A stretch of DNA of 64,000 bases from an uncultured candidate division Zixibacteria bacterium (GCA_963801605.1 CAWDFP010000006.1:1568001-1632000), one strand, 5' to 3'; counted from the stretch's first letter, positions 20,011-31,615 are shown. The notes: generated from the sequence alone by a model not told the origin. Numbers and translations are program-made.

Positions 20011-20870
20011 CTAATTCAGATAGGCTCGGAGCGCCTTTGATCGTGAGGCATGTCTTAATCTGCGAATCGCCTTCTCCTTGATCTGACGAACCCTCTCCCT
20101 GGTCAGACGAGAACCGCGCGCCTATCTCCTCGAGGGTCAACGGCTTCTCGTGATTGAGGCCGAAATAGAGGTTGATGACCTCCGCCTCCCGGGGGGTCAG
20201 CGTATCGAGCGCCTTCTCGATTTCAACCCGCAGCGATTCGCTTAACAGCGACTCATCGGGCGAGGGCTGCATCTCGTCTTCAAGGATATCGATGAGGCTG
20301 TTGTCCTCGGATGCCGAGAACGGCGCATCCAGCGACAGATGCGAGTTGGATATCTTCAGCGTATCGGAAACCTCACCCTCGGTTAACGAAAGCTCTACGG
20401 CAATCTCATTGGGCGATGGTTCCCGTCCGAGATCCTGCTGCAGAGATGATGATACCTTGCCTATTTTGTGCAGAGTCCCGACTCTGTTTAGCGGCAGATC
20501 TGACAATACGCGATTGCTCCGCTAATGCCTGCAAGATAGCTTGTCGAATCCACCAGACCGCATAGGAAATGAACTTGAAACCCCTGGTCTCATCGAAACG
20601 CTTGGCGGCCTTTATCAGGCCGATATTCCCCTCGTTGATGAGATCCGCCAGCGATAGTCCCTGGTTTTGATACTGCTTGGCTACCGAGACCACGAATCGG
20701 AGATTGGCCTTGGTTAGTTTCTCAAGGGCCTTTTGATCGCCCTTCCTGATTCTTTTGGCCAGCTCAACTTCTTCGGCGGCGGTAATTAACGGGGTTTCAC
20801 CGATTTCCCGAAGATAGAGATCTAGGGATCTATCCTCGTCACGGTACCTTCTGGTCGATTTTGTTAACAG
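20011..20870 (-). CDS. rpoD: RNA polymerase sigma-70 factor, RpoD/SigA type, lacking region 1.1 (frameshifts near 20500 and 20105; probable CTG start)
   Basis: [50 protein letters not shown], region 4 [26 protein letters not shown], ending SKALRAYLN*. Confidence 0.85.
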
Positions 20871-20959
20871 ATTAGACTCCTTTGTTAAACCTATTACTCC
20901 AGGTCTATTGACCGGGACACGAATACAACCTAATTACAATTTTATTAGTTCCAAATTCC

Positions 20960-22494
20960 CTATTGTTCCGGAGTTACCGCAACAAATATGTTGGCCTTAC
21001 CTCGTTTGATGTAAAATGAAACCGGCTTCGTGCTCTTTTTCAGGCTTCGCCGCGATTTTATAAAAATCATCCGCAGCATTTGAATATCCTTGGCCGCCAA
21101 CCTTAAGGACTATATCCCCAGCCACTAAACCGGCATCGTCAGCCGGGCTGCCAGGTTCCACATCGACAATAATGGCGCCCGGATCGTATTCGACACCGTA
21201 CTGGCTGGCGTTATCCTGCGGTAAGAGTTTCAACCGAAAACCCGAGCCATCGGTCTTGCTCCTTATCCTCGGCGGGCTGTCTCCTGTTTGGAACTGTACA
21301 AAGTCGGTCCGATCACCAAGCTTCAGATCGATATTTTTTGTGGAGCCGTTACGCCAGACCTCGAGATTAACAGTTGCGATCCCGGGCCAGCATTGGCTAC
21401 CAGGAAACGGAACTGCTGAGCATCGCTAACCGTCTTGCCATTAAACCTAGTGACCACATCTCCCACCTTAAGACCAGCTTTCTCGGCGGGAGTATCTTTA
21501 TCGACCTGGGCAACCAAGAGCGCCCTGAGTCGATGGCAGGCTGTTGGCGTTCTTAAGATCCTCGGTAATATCCTGAGGATAAACGCCCAAATAGCCACGG
21601 ACCACCTTGCCGCTTTTCATAAGCTGCTCGGCTACATCCTTGGCCATATTGATAGGAATAGCAAAGCCTATGCCGACATTGCCGCCGGTCGGAGTGGCGA
21701 TAGCAGAGTTAATCCCGATAGCCTCACCCTGCAAATTAACCAGCGGTCCGCCGGAATTGCCAGGATTAATGGAAGCATCGGTTTGAATATAATTTTGATA
21801 GGAGGGATTGTCGCCTCCGAAGGTCAAGCCCTGCCGTCCCTTAGCGGAAACGACGCCGACTGTGACAGTACGATCTAAGCCTAAGTTGGGGAATGGATTT
21901 CCGACCGCCATGACCCAATCACCCACCAGGATGGAATCTGAGTCTCCTAACTTGATGGCTGGTAAATCGTTACCGGCATCAATCTTGAGAACGGCAACAT
22001 CGGTTTCTTTATCAGCGCCGATAATTTCGGCTTTATAGCGATGTTGGTCGCTAAGGGTCACGGTGACTTTCTCGGCTCCCTCGACAACGTGATTATTCGT
22101 TAAAATATATCCATCGTGGCTGATGATGAATCCCGATCCCAGGGATTCCGAGCGCCTCATGCGCGGCTGACTGGGAGTTCTGACCCTGGGGAAGCCCGAA
22201 AAATCTCCTGAAAAAATCGTCATCCATAAAATTATGGAATTTATCTTCGGTGACCGACTCGGCAGAAATGTTAACAACGGCCGGTCTGACTATTTCGGCA
22301 ACAGCCACAAAAGGCGAATGCCCATTCATTGGTGCGATATCGGCTGTACTTGCAACCTGCCCTGAGCGCTGAGGTTCAGCCTTGAGCTTATCGGGTATGG
22401 ATAAATTCGAGCCAATGATCATCCCGACAAGAGCGAAGACTACCCCAACCAAGAGCACCAGCACCACACCTCGAAACTGCGCCCAGTACCTCAT
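20960..22494 (-). CDS. DegP/DegQ (Do family) serine endoprotease with two PDZ domains (several frameshifts)
   Basis: N-terminal [56 protein letters not shown] and PDZ segments spread over consecutive frames; ends IFVAVTPEQ*. Confidence 0.85.
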
Positions 22495-22944
22495 TTTCTA
22501 TTCCTCCTAATTTTGTTAAACCCGTATCCTAATGATTAAAATTGCATTTGTCAATTTTTTTCTAATACTATAATTGGGTAAAAATGTTCCAGTTTTTAAC
22601 GACTGCTTGCCAAATGAGCAGGTTTTTCTATTTCTTTAGCGTGAATACCAACAATCTATCCTCACCTTTGACGCCAATTGCGCTCATATCTGCCAAAGAG
22701 GTTTCAATCAATTAAACGGTAAGAATTCCTATTAAGTTCGATAAAATTATCTAATTTCACTAAAAATAAATAATGGCAGAAAGGGAACGTCGGGGCACTC
22801 TATCATTATAATAATTAAATGTTTATCGTGGCACTAATTGCTGGCAAAAACCGGCGCAATAAGGTATAATTGGTCCTAATAGTGGAGAGATAAAGGAGCA
22901 AAATTAATGAATAAATCAATTTCGATTTCAGGGGGAAGCCTCAA

Positions 22945-24310
22945 ATGAAAAAAGGCTGGCTTATATTCTTGTGCTTTTCGGTAATTTCATTCGGAAGCGC
23001 CCAGGCCCAAAACAAAGGGCTGGAAATTTTCGATGAGTTAAAATCGTTGATTATTTCGGTCTCCGATTCCATTACTCCGGCAGTGGTTCATATCGAGGTA
23101 ATTAAAAAGCAGGATACCCAGAGATATCAATCGCTGGGGTCAGGATTGATTATTGATGCGAGCGGCTATATTCTGACAAACGATCATGTGGTTGATAAAT
23201 ACGTGGAAGTTACTGTTACTCCGGAATCGAACCGCGAATACCGCGCCAAAGTGATTGGCACTGATAAGCTCACCGACCTGGCATTGCTTAAAATCGAGGT
23301 TCCTCCGGATGTACATCTGCATGTAGCCAAACTTGGAAATTCCGACTCCCTGCAAGTAGGGGAATGGGTGATCGCTGTAGGCAATCCTTATGGATTCGAC
23401 CGGACGGTATCGTTTGGCATAGTATCCGGTAAAGGACGGGTTTTGAGCGCGCAATCGAGTACTCCGCTATTGAACGATTTTATCCAAACTGACGCAGCTA
23501 TTGCGCCGGGATCATCGGGGGGCCCGCTGGTGAATTTGAAGGGCGAGGTTATAGGTATCAATTCGCGCGGAGTGGGGCAAACCCAGGGATTCACCATTCC
23601 GATCAATATCGCTATTGAGGTCAAAGACAAGCTGCTTAAAAGCGGCGGTATAGAGCGGGGATGGCTGGGAATCGTAACGCAGCCCTTGAATCGAAGTTTC
23701 GCCAAATATCTGGGGAAGCCCGATATGGAAGGAATCGTGATTTCGGATATAATCGAAAACTCCCCGGCCGATAAAGCGGGACTCAAACCGGGCGACGTTT
23801 TACTTAATTACGGCACTGAAAAACTGAGCGCCGAAAAAGTTGATGATCTTAACAAGCTTTCGCTGATGATTTCACAGAGTTCGATTGGCTCCAAGCAGGC
23901 AGTCACAATTTATCGCAATGGCGACAGCAAAAAGATTACCGTTGTAATCGGTGAGCAGCCTAAGATCAACGCCGATGAGTACGAAACCAATTTTGGGTTC
24001 ACGGTTAAGGAAATTACCGATGATATGTTCCGGTCTCTTCTGCTGGAAACCAAGGAGGGCGTTTACGTCTCATTCGTTGATGTCGGCACTATCGCGGATA
24101 AGGGCAATTTATTCGATGGCGATGTTATCACCGAGGTCAATCATCAACCAACCCCCGATTTTAAGAGCTTTCAAAGCCGCTATAATCAAGAATGCCAACA
24201 AAAATTATATTTTACTTTCGGTCCTGCGCGGCAAGGAACACAGGCTGGCCTTATTGGATAAATCCAGCGTTCCCAGCGACTCTTTAAGCAATAATAAAAT
24301 CGAACAATAG
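22945..24310 (+). CDS. HtrA/DegP-family serine protease with PDZ domains (frameshift near 24170)
   Basis: Signal peptide, PAVVHI, GSGLII, TNDHVV, DLALLK, QTDAAIAPGSSGGPL, ERGWLGI; C-terminus continues in ORF 23951..24310. Confidence 0.85.
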
Positions 24311-24337
24311 AAATTTCAGTTAATAATTTGATTGTTG

Positions 24338-24364
24338 AATAGGGCGTCTGAACGGCGCCCTATT
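24338..24364 (+). terminator. Intrinsic terminator
   Basis: AATAGGGCG...CGCCCTATT hairpin followed by a T-rich tract. Confidence 0.7.
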
Positions 24365-24494
24365 TGTTTTCCGGTAATTTAAAGATCTAAAGTTCAGCGA
24401 TTGCGGAATTACAACTGATATTGACTATCAAGGCAGGGCAATCTAAATTATAGAATGACAATTGAAATGAGAAAACGCGGGATTACGAAAAGCA

Positions 24495-25736
24495 ATGGAT
24501 AATTCATATTTAATTCTTCTGATATTCATTCTTACCTATATATTTATCGCGATCCAGAATTTTCCCGGGTTAAAGATCGATCGTCCGGCGGGAGTGGTAA
24601 TTGGCAGTACTCTACTTATTCTGACTGGCTTATTTACAATCCGCGAAGCATACAGCTTTATAGATTGGGATGTCATCACATTTCTGCTGGGTATGATGGT
24701 GATGATAGCCTACCTGGAATTTGCAGGCTTTTTCGGATATATCGCTTACTGGCTGGTTAGGGTATCGCATTCGACGTCAGGACTATTGTGGGCGACGATA
24801 CTGTGTTCAGCTTTACTTTCGGCGTTTTTTGTCAACGATACAATCTGTCTTCTTTTTACGCCGATTATTCTCAAAGCGACAAGATTCCTGAAGCTTAATC
24901 CGATTCCATATTTAATCGCAATTGCGACAGCATCCAACGTTGGTTCAGCGCTGACGATAACTGGCAATCCCCAGAATATGTATATCGGAATTCAGTCAGC
25001 GATACCGTTCTTGAGATTTTCGCTGGTCATGTTCATTCCGGTTGCTATCGGGATTGGCTTGATCTATGTGGTTATCAGGCTGATTTACAGCAAAGAGATC
25101 AGCCGCGAGCAATTACCGATATTCGAATCGCTTCCGCCGGTATTGAAACGAATTCTTACATTCAAGACACTTGGGGCTCTGGCCGTTACGCTGATACTTT
25201 TTATTATCGGAATTGGATATCCGCTGGCAGCCCTGGTAGGGGCATCCATAATATTTTTAATCGGCAGGGTTCCACATCGCTATGTGCTCAAGGAATTGGA
25301 TTGGAGCGTGCTGCTATTTTTTGCAGGATTATTTATTGTGATGGGTGCCTTTGAAAAAGCAGGGTATTTAGCAAAAATGCTTGGATTCGCCAGCCAGTAT
25401 GTATCTCAAAGCAACTTGAGTGGATTTTTGGGATTGTCGGCCCTGACGGCGGTGCTTTCTAATATCGTTAGTAATGTTCCGGCCGTAATTCTGATGAAGC
25501 CGCTAATGGCGCATCTGGGCGGAGGAACCAGGCTCTGGCTGCTTCTGGCGATGGCGTCGACATTTGCCGGTAATCTGACATTGATAGGCTCGGTGGCCAA
25601 TCTGATTGTGGCCGAGAAGGCACAGACGCAGCATGTTCGGCTGGGCTTTATTGATTATTTAAAGGCCGGTCTGCCGATAACAATTATAACTATAGTAATA
25701 GGCACCGTCTGGATTTACTGGGTTGTCGCGGGCTGA
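24495..25736 (+). CDS. ArsB/NhaD (ion transporter superfamily) anion permease, YbiR-like
   Basis: Multi-TM; IDRP, SAFFVND, ASNVGSALTITGNPQN, SNIVSNVPA, STFAGNLTLIGSVANLIV; TTGACT-N17-TAAATT promoter at 24421-24449. Confidence 0.88.
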   Translation: MDNSYLILLIFILTYIFIAIQNFPGLKIDRPAGVVIGSTLLILTGLFTIREAYSFIDWDVITFLLGMMVMIAYLEFAGFFGYIAYWLVRVSHSTSGLLWATILCSALLSAFFVNDTICLLFTPIILKATRFLKLNPIPYLIAIATASNVGSALTITGNPQNMYIGIQSAIPFLRFSLVMFIPVAIGIGLIYVVIRLIYSKEISREQLPIFESLPPVLKRILTFKTLGALAVTLILFIIGIGYPLAALVGASIIFLIGRVPHRYVLKELDWSVLLFFAGLFIVMGAFEKAGYLAKMLGFASQYVSQSNLSGFLGLSALTAVLSNIVSNVPAVILMKPLMAHLGGGTRLWLLLAMASTFAGNLTLIGSVANLIVAEKAQTQHVRLGFIDYLKAGLPITIITIVIGTVWIYWVVAG

Positions 25737-25806
25737 GATTTATCGATGGCGAGATAGACAACCTTTTAAGTTGCATTTCCGGGTGCTATGAAATAGATTC
25801 CAAATC

Positions 25807-26492
25807 ATGAAAAAGATTATGATAATATTGATAGTTGCCGCGTTAGCAGTGCCGGCGCTGGCGCAACATCGGCAGCGCGGCGCAGGACGGTACAGTTCCG
25901 ACGGATGCTACTTTTTGTTAGGCGGGACCGTAGGACCGTCGTTCTCGAATTTCTTCGATCATCTCAACAATACCTATCCCACGAGCAAGATGAAGAATTT
26001 CGGCGGCAATGTTTCATTTGCATTAGGTTATATTTCCGATTTCATCGCAATTTCGCAATCGATGCCGGCTTTTCGATCTACAGCCTTAAATCCAAAGGCG
26101 TATTTTATGATACGGGGGGATTTAGCCAGGGGAGAATTAATCGCGAGATCGATTACCAGGCCGCAATTTTTACCGGCACAATTCCGATTTATTTCGAATT
26201 CAGCCCCACTCAGCCGGTGGTGCCGTATGTCGGGGTGGGACTATCGATCTTTTCGATGCGTCTCGATGATTATTTCAACAGCGATGCCTTGCGTGATTCC
26301 CGCACGGCGGTTGGCGGCCATTTCGAGGCCGGCCTGGGGGTCAAGCTGACGCCTACGATCTGGCTGGATTTGCGCGGGAGATGGCATGGGGGCAGCGGTC
26401 ATTTTATGACCTTTGAAAATAATTTCAAAGATTTTACTATCAAGCAAAACGTTTCGCAGTACAGCCTGGGAGTAGATTATTTCTTCCGTTAG
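25807..26492 (+). CDS. Outer-membrane beta-barrel protein (frameshift near 26035)
   Basis: Signal peptide in ORF 25807, barrel strands 'VVPYVGVG' and terminal 'YSLGVDYFFR' in ORF 25905..26492. Confidence 0.7.
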
Positions 26493-27280
26493 ATTTTATC
26501 TCGGGCTTATCATAATTTTTGCCGCGATTTTAATTAACTGCGCTCCGAAGCCTCCGGCGCCAATTATTGTGCCATCTATCAAACCTTTACCGGCGCCGTT
26601 TAATCTCAATGTCCAAGCTGAAAGCCGCAAGGCAACATTATACTGGTCAATAGATCGTTCACAGGCGCAGGTGATATCGGGCTATAATATTTATCTCGGC
26701 GACGATTCGGCGGTGAGCGATACTGCCGCGTGGAAGAAAATGCCGGGAACGCCATATAACCCGACTCCTTATCCGGGCGATACCGATGGCGACAACAGCA
26801 AAGAATCGATGCCGCTGGATCGTTTGACAAACGGCCGAACCTATTACGTTATGGTGCGGACAGTGGGGCCGGACGGCAGAGAATCGGAGTCCTCGAATTT
26901 GACGGTATTCAGACCGCTGGCGCAGGGAAGTTTTATTATCTCATCCAATCACGAGGCATCAGATGGCGGTTTTAATTTCGAGGATGAATCATCGGCGCCG
27001 GGGCGCGGGCCTCGAAGCGATATTTATCTTTACGACAATGGCGCCAAAGTGGGGTTATCATCACCAAGCAGGTTAGGGGCCGGGATGCGCAGGAGTTTGA
27101 TTTTTGAATCAGGCAGTGATCAAGAGCGGCGATGAGACCGTTCAAATCTCGACAGGGGAGAAGTTGATCGTAAAGACTAAGGCGGGACGAGCCGAAATTA
27201 CAATAGAAGAGATTATTGGGAAATATCCGGAGACGAAAGCGCGAATAGATTATAAATACTTTCCCGATAATCCGAAATAA
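26479..27280 (+). CDS. Fibronectin type III lipoprotein (start uncertain; frameshift near 27120)
   Basis: In-frame upstream of 26569 is 'SSVRFYLGLIIIFAAILINC' (lipoprotein signal); FN3 motifs 'PAPFNL..LYW..GYNIY', 'LTNGRTYYVMV...ESESS'; tail in a shifted frame ends YKYFPDNPK*. Confidence 0.6.
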
Positions 27281-27284
27281 GGGC

Positions 27285-27313
27285 TTGACCGTCAATAGCG
27301 CTCTGGCTATATT
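27285..27313 (+). promoter_or_regulatory. Sigma70 promoter of tRNA-Phe
   Basis: TTGACC-N17-TATATT. Confidence 0.7.
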
Positions 27314-27329
27314 CACCGAAACTTAAGAT

Positions 27330-27402
<73 letters not shown>

Positions 27403-27455
27403 TTTTTGTTTTTTAGGAAAGTAAATCTAATATTATTTAAAATTCGATATTAGCC

Positions 27456-27860
27456 CTACGGTTTGATTTTATCCAGGGTCATCTCGCTTAGGGTTTCTTT
27501 CAGTTTATATTGAAGCGGTACCCAGAAAACCTGAGCGGTGCAATATTTACGTTTCGGTTTGCCGGCTTTCGAATGATGATCGTCAACGCAAGATACAATT
27601 TTAAGCGTACCGTCCATAGCCTCGATAATATCCAGGAAAGAAATTTTATTGGCGGGTTTAGCCAGCTTATAGCCTCCAAAATAACCGCGATGGCTTTTTA
27701 GCAGGCCGGTCATCACCAATTCCCGCAATATTTTGGCAAGATATTCTCTGGGGATACTCTCCTGTTCGGCAATTTCATTGATCGAACTGACCTTGTCCCT
27801 CATCGCCGCTACATATAACATGGCATGAATGGCATGCTCAGCCTTAACGGAAACTTTCAT
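27456..27860 (-). CDS. Rrf2 family transcriptional regulator
   Basis: 'EIAEQESIPREYLAKIL..L...GLL.S.RG..GGY.LAKP...ISF.DII.A.DG'. Confidence 0.9.
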   Translation of the reverse strand: MKVSVKAEHAIHAMLYVAAMRDKVSSINEIAEQESIPREYLAKILRELVMTGLLKSHRGYFGGYKLAKPANKISFLDIIEAMDGTLKIVSCVDDHHSKAGKPKRKYCTAQVFWVPLQYKLKETLSEMTLDKIKP

Positions 27861-28043
27861 AATGTATCCTTTCCCTTAGGATTGTATTGCTTCCCATAGA
27901 ACCTCTATCCCGCTGCTATCAGTATTATAGCATTTATAATTAATACATTCAACCAAAAATATCAAAATCAGAAAATTAAATAGGGCTGTCAGAATGGCAG
28001 TTTTTATTTGAATAATTAGACATCTACGCATATAATAAGACAA

Positions 28044-30191
28044 ATGTACAAGATAACATTAGAAGATATTAAAAAGAATCTCAAGGATGACTCCAAGCCT
28101 CTGAAGATTCGTGATCTGGCCAAGCGGATGGGAGTTCCACAGGAGGATTACCCGAATTTCCGACGCTTGATCAAAGATGCTATTTCGTCCGGCCAGTTGC
28201 TCAAGGCGCGCGGGGGACGGTTGGTCGCCGAACCGAAAAAGGGGTTTACCCAGGGCAAACTATACATGGCGCGAAGCGGTCACGGATTTGTGATCCCCGA
28301 TAATAAGAGCGGCGAGATATATATCGCTCCTCGCGATCTCGGAGGGGCGCTGCATGGCGAACAGGTGAGACTCATTATAAAAGATACCAGGGCCGGCAAA
28401 AATCGAGAGGGAAAAATCGTTGGAGTAATAGATCGGGAAAAGGGGCGGCTGGTCGGACATCTTTATAAAAGCCGGTATGGAATGTATATCGTCGCGGACG
28501 ATCCTCATTATAAAGGAAATATAGAAATCGATAATCCCCGCGGATTGAACTTGAGCGAAGACTTGATGGTCACGGTCAGGCTGGCGCCGTGGGAGGCGCC
28601 ATATCTGCCGCCCAGGGGCTCTGTCGAGGAGGTTCTCGGTAAGGCAGGTTCACCGGGAGTGGATATCGATTCGCTGATCGTTTCACGCGGGCTGCCGCGG
28701 GAGTTTGATCAATCTGTCAAACCGGAACTGGCCAAGATAAGACGAGCCATTCCCAAAGCAGAACTTGCGCACCGTCGGGATTTGCGGGATTTGTTGATAT
28801 TCACTATCGACCCCGCTGATGCCAAGGATCATGATGATGCCATCAGCTTAGAGCCGCTCAAAGGCGGAAAGATGAGGCTGGGAGTGCATATCGCCGATGT
28901 ATCCCATTACGTGCGCGAGGGATCGATGCTGGATCATGAGGCGCATGTCAGGGGCAATTCGGTTTATCTGGTCGATAGAGTTATCCCGATGTTGCCCGAA
29001 AAGCTTTCGAGCGATATCTGTAGTTTGATCGAAAATGAAGATCGTTTGACAATCTCCTTTATCGCCGAACTCGATGCAGAGGCCAAAGTCCTGAGCTGGG
29101 AGTTTGTGGAAAGCGTTATCAAAAGCAAAGCGTCACTAAATTACGATGAAGTCCAGCATTATTATGACGCCCGCGCCAAAAGCAAAATAGATAGCGTCGC
29201 GGGAAAGGCGCTCGATCAGATGCTAAAGCTATCTCAAACTCTTCGTAAAAAGCGTTTGGAAAAGGGGAGCCTCGATTTTGACCTTCCAGAACCTAAGATA
29301 CATCTCGATGCTGAAGGGCATGTGATCGATATCTTCGTGCAGGCCCGGATACCGTCCTACCAGGTTGTAGAGGAATTCATGCTTTTGGCCAACCGTTATG
29401 CGGCCAGCTTTTTGGGAACGCATGGCGCCCCAATACTCTATCGAGTGCATGACAAACCAGATAAAGAAAAGATCGAAAATTTCGGCGCCCTTCTTCGAGA
29501 GATGGGATATGATTTCAGTTTCCGGGGGGAGATTACTCCCAAGAAGCTGCAGCGAGTTTTAGAAACGGTCAAAGATAAACCCGAGGAGCCGTTTGTAGAG
29601 GAGATATTGCTGCGATCGCTGGCAAAGGCCGTTTATCAGCCGGATAATATTGGCCATTTCGGGCTGGCGTTTCCGATTTATACGCATTTTACATCACCCA
29701 TTCGCCGCTATCCCGATCTACTGGTTCATCGCATGTTAAGGCTGGTACTGAATCACAAGCTGACATCGCTAATAGCATCTGAGGTAGCATCCGTGCTTAA
29801 GGCTACCGGCGCGCATTGCACCGCGACCGAGATAGCGGCCGACGAAGCCGAACGCGATTCGGTTAAAATCAAGCAACTCGAATATCTTTATGAACGAGTC
29901 GGCGGAGTGTTCGACGGTATTATCTCCGGGGTGGTCAGGGCAGGCTTTTTTGTGGAGTTGATGGCGACTATGGTAGAAGGATTTGTGCCGTTTAATACAA
30001 TTCGGGATGATTATTTTATTTTCGAGGAAGGCAAGCATCGCGCTTATGGCCGTCGCTCCGGCCGGGTCTTCAAGCTGGGGGATAAGGTCCGGGTCCTGGT
30101 AGTCAAAGTAGAAATGGAGAACAAACGGGCCGAATTTAATCTCGTAAGTAATGAACCAGTTGCTAAGACAAAGAAAGCTACAAAAAGATGA
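28044..30191 (+). CDS. rnr: Ribonuclease R
   Basis: CSD 'GHGFV', RNB 'FTIDPADAKDHDDAIS', 'GHFGLA..YTHFTSPIRRYPDL', C-terminal S1 domain. Confidence 0.95.
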   Translation: MYKITLEDIKKNLKDDSKPLKIRDLAKRMGVPQEDYPNFRRLIKDAISSGQLLKARGGRLVAEPKKGFTQGKLYMARSGHGFVIPDNKSGEIYIAPRDLGGALHGEQVRLIIKDTRAGKNREGKIVGVIDREKGRLVGHLYKSRYGMYIVADDPHYKGNIEIDNPRGLNLSEDLMVTVRLAPWEAPYLPPRGSVEEVLGKAGSPGVDIDSLIVSRGLPREFDQSVKPELAKIRRAIPKAELAHRRDLRDLLIFTIDPADAKDHDDAISLEPLKGGKMRLGVHIADVSHYVREGSMLDHEAHVRGNSVYLVDRVIPMLPEKLSSDICSLIENEDRLTISFIAELDAEAKVLSWEFVESVIKSKASLNYDEVQHYYDARAKSKIDSVAGKALDQMLKLSQTLRKKRLEKGSLDFDLPEPKIHLDAEGHVIDIFVQARIPSYQVVEEFMLLANRYAASFLGTHGAPILYRVHDKPDKEKIENFGALLREMGYDFSFRGEITPKKLQRVLETVKDKPEEPFVEEILLRSLAKAVYQPDNIGHFGLAFPIYTHFTSPIRRYPDLLVHRMLRLVLNHKLTSLIASEVASVLKATGAHCTATEIAADEAERDSVKIKQLEYLYERVGGVFDGIISGVVRAGFFVELMATMVEGFVPFNTIRDDYFIFEEGKHRAYGRRSGRVFKLGDKVRVLVVKVEMENKRAEFNLVSNEPVAKTKKATKR

Positions 30192-31615
30192 TCTATATAT
30201 TCAGTCGGGATAAGGGACTTGCGGATAATATCACGCCTGCTTTTTCGGGGAATCAGGTGGAGATGATAACTGACGAAGCCAGGCTGGCGGCCTCGATTGG
30301 TAAAGCCGATGGTATCATCTTTGATTTACGCAGCGAGCCTTTTCCGATTAAGTTGATGGAGCGGGTATACTTTGAATCGCCTGCCATTCCAGTTATCGTG
30401 CTATATCAATATAGTAATATCCCCGAGGAGAATCTCTATGACCGCAGCCTGAGCTGGCCTGTTGAACCATCCGAAATGGCGCGCGCATTCGATGAAGTTA
30501 AAAACGACAGAGCAGCTATCGAATCATGCGGGCTGGTCGGCCGTTCAAAGGAATTGGCCTCCGCCGCGAGAACGGTATTGCAAGTAGCTCCGTCCGATGT
30601 TAACGTGCTTATCACCGGGCCATCGGGGGCGGGCAAGGAGATGATAGCCAGGGCTATTCATGATAAATCGAATAAGCCCCAAAGCCCTTTTGTCGCTGTA
30701 AATGTAGCCGCGATGGCACCCGGAATTATTGAATCAGAACTATTCGGCCATGAAAAAGGATCATTTACCGGCGCTAATACCCGGCGAGTCGGGGTTTTCG
30801 AACAAGCTTCAGGAGGAGTGATATTCCTCGATGAGATAGGGGAGATACCGCTTGAAATTCAAGCCAAACTGCTAAGAGTATTAGAGCAGCGCAGTTTTAC
30901 AAGAGTTGGCGGCAATATCTCCATAAAAGCAGATTTCCGTCTGGTGGCCGCCACTAATCGAGAGTTGGCAGAGGATGTATCCACCGGGCGATTCCGAGAG
31001 GATCTCTTTTACCGTCTCAGGGTCGTTTCGATTGATTTGCCGGCGCTTTCCCAGCGCAAAGCCGATATATCGCCTCTGGCGTTTTATTTTCTAAATTTAC
31101 GAAAACGCGAACTTGGTAACGATATTTTGGGAATAGAACCGGGAGCTATGAAACTTTTTCATCGTTACAATTGGCCGGGTAACGTGCGCGAGCTCAAAAA
31201 CGTGATCGATTCATTTACCATAACAAATATATCCGGCAGGATTTCGGGCGCGGATTTCGAAAAGTATATGATGGAAAATGCGCCTCGCTCAAATTATCTT
31301 CCGGTGATAACCAAGCGAACGCCGGAAGCGGCGGAACATCAATTGCTGTTTCAGGCTCTGGTGGCTTTGACTAATGAAGTCATGTCGCTGAAGCAGCTAA
31401 TCGAGCGGGAATTGAATCGTACTCATGTTGCCGAAACAACTCTGTCTGAACCCATTTCCCCGTCATATAATTCGGTCAATGTCGAGGATATGGAAAAGAT
31501 ACTGGTAACGAGAGCCTTATCGGAGGCTCATGGCAATAGAAAGAAGGCTGCTGAGCTATTGGGTATCGGCGAACGCACTCTATATCGGAAACTCGATAAA
31601 TTTGGCCTCAAGTGA
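30188..31615 (+). CDS. Sigma-54-dependent (NtrC/Fis-type) transcriptional regulator
   Basis: [47 protein letters not shown], Fis HTH '[16 protein letters not shown]'; degenerate receiver-like N-terminus. Confidence 0.92.
   Translation: MIYIFSRDKGLADNITPAFSGNQVEMITDEARLAASIGKADGIIFDLRSEPFPIKLMERVYFESPAIPVIVLYQYSNIPEENLYDRSLSWPVEPSEMARAFDEVKNDRAAIESCGLVGRSKELASAARTVLQVAPSDVNVLITGPSGAGKEMIARAIHDKSNKPQSPFVAVNVAAMAPGIIESELFGHEKGSFTGANTRRVGVFEQASGGVIFLDEIGEIPLEIQAKLLRVLEQRSFTRVGGNISIKADFRLVAATNRELAEDVSTGRFREDLFYRLRVVSIDLPALSQRKADISPLAFYFLNLRKRELGNDILGIEPGAMKLFHRYNWPGNVRELKNVIDSFTITNISGRISGADFEKYMMENAPRSNYLPVITKRTPEAAEHQLLFQALVALTNEVMSLKQLIERELNRTHVAETTLSEPISPSYNSVNVEDMEKILVTRALSEAHGNRKKAAELLGIGERTLYRKLDKFGLK

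Noticed and set aside
20960..22494. Programmed frameshifting or true pseudogene in degP
   Set aside because: Many scattered indels without a consistent slippery motif, also present in the sigma factor and sdhA, point to consensus errors.
22829..22842. Sigma-54 promoter TGGCAC...TTGCT
   Set aside because: The GG-to-GC spacing is 2 nt shorter than the strict -24/-12 requirement.
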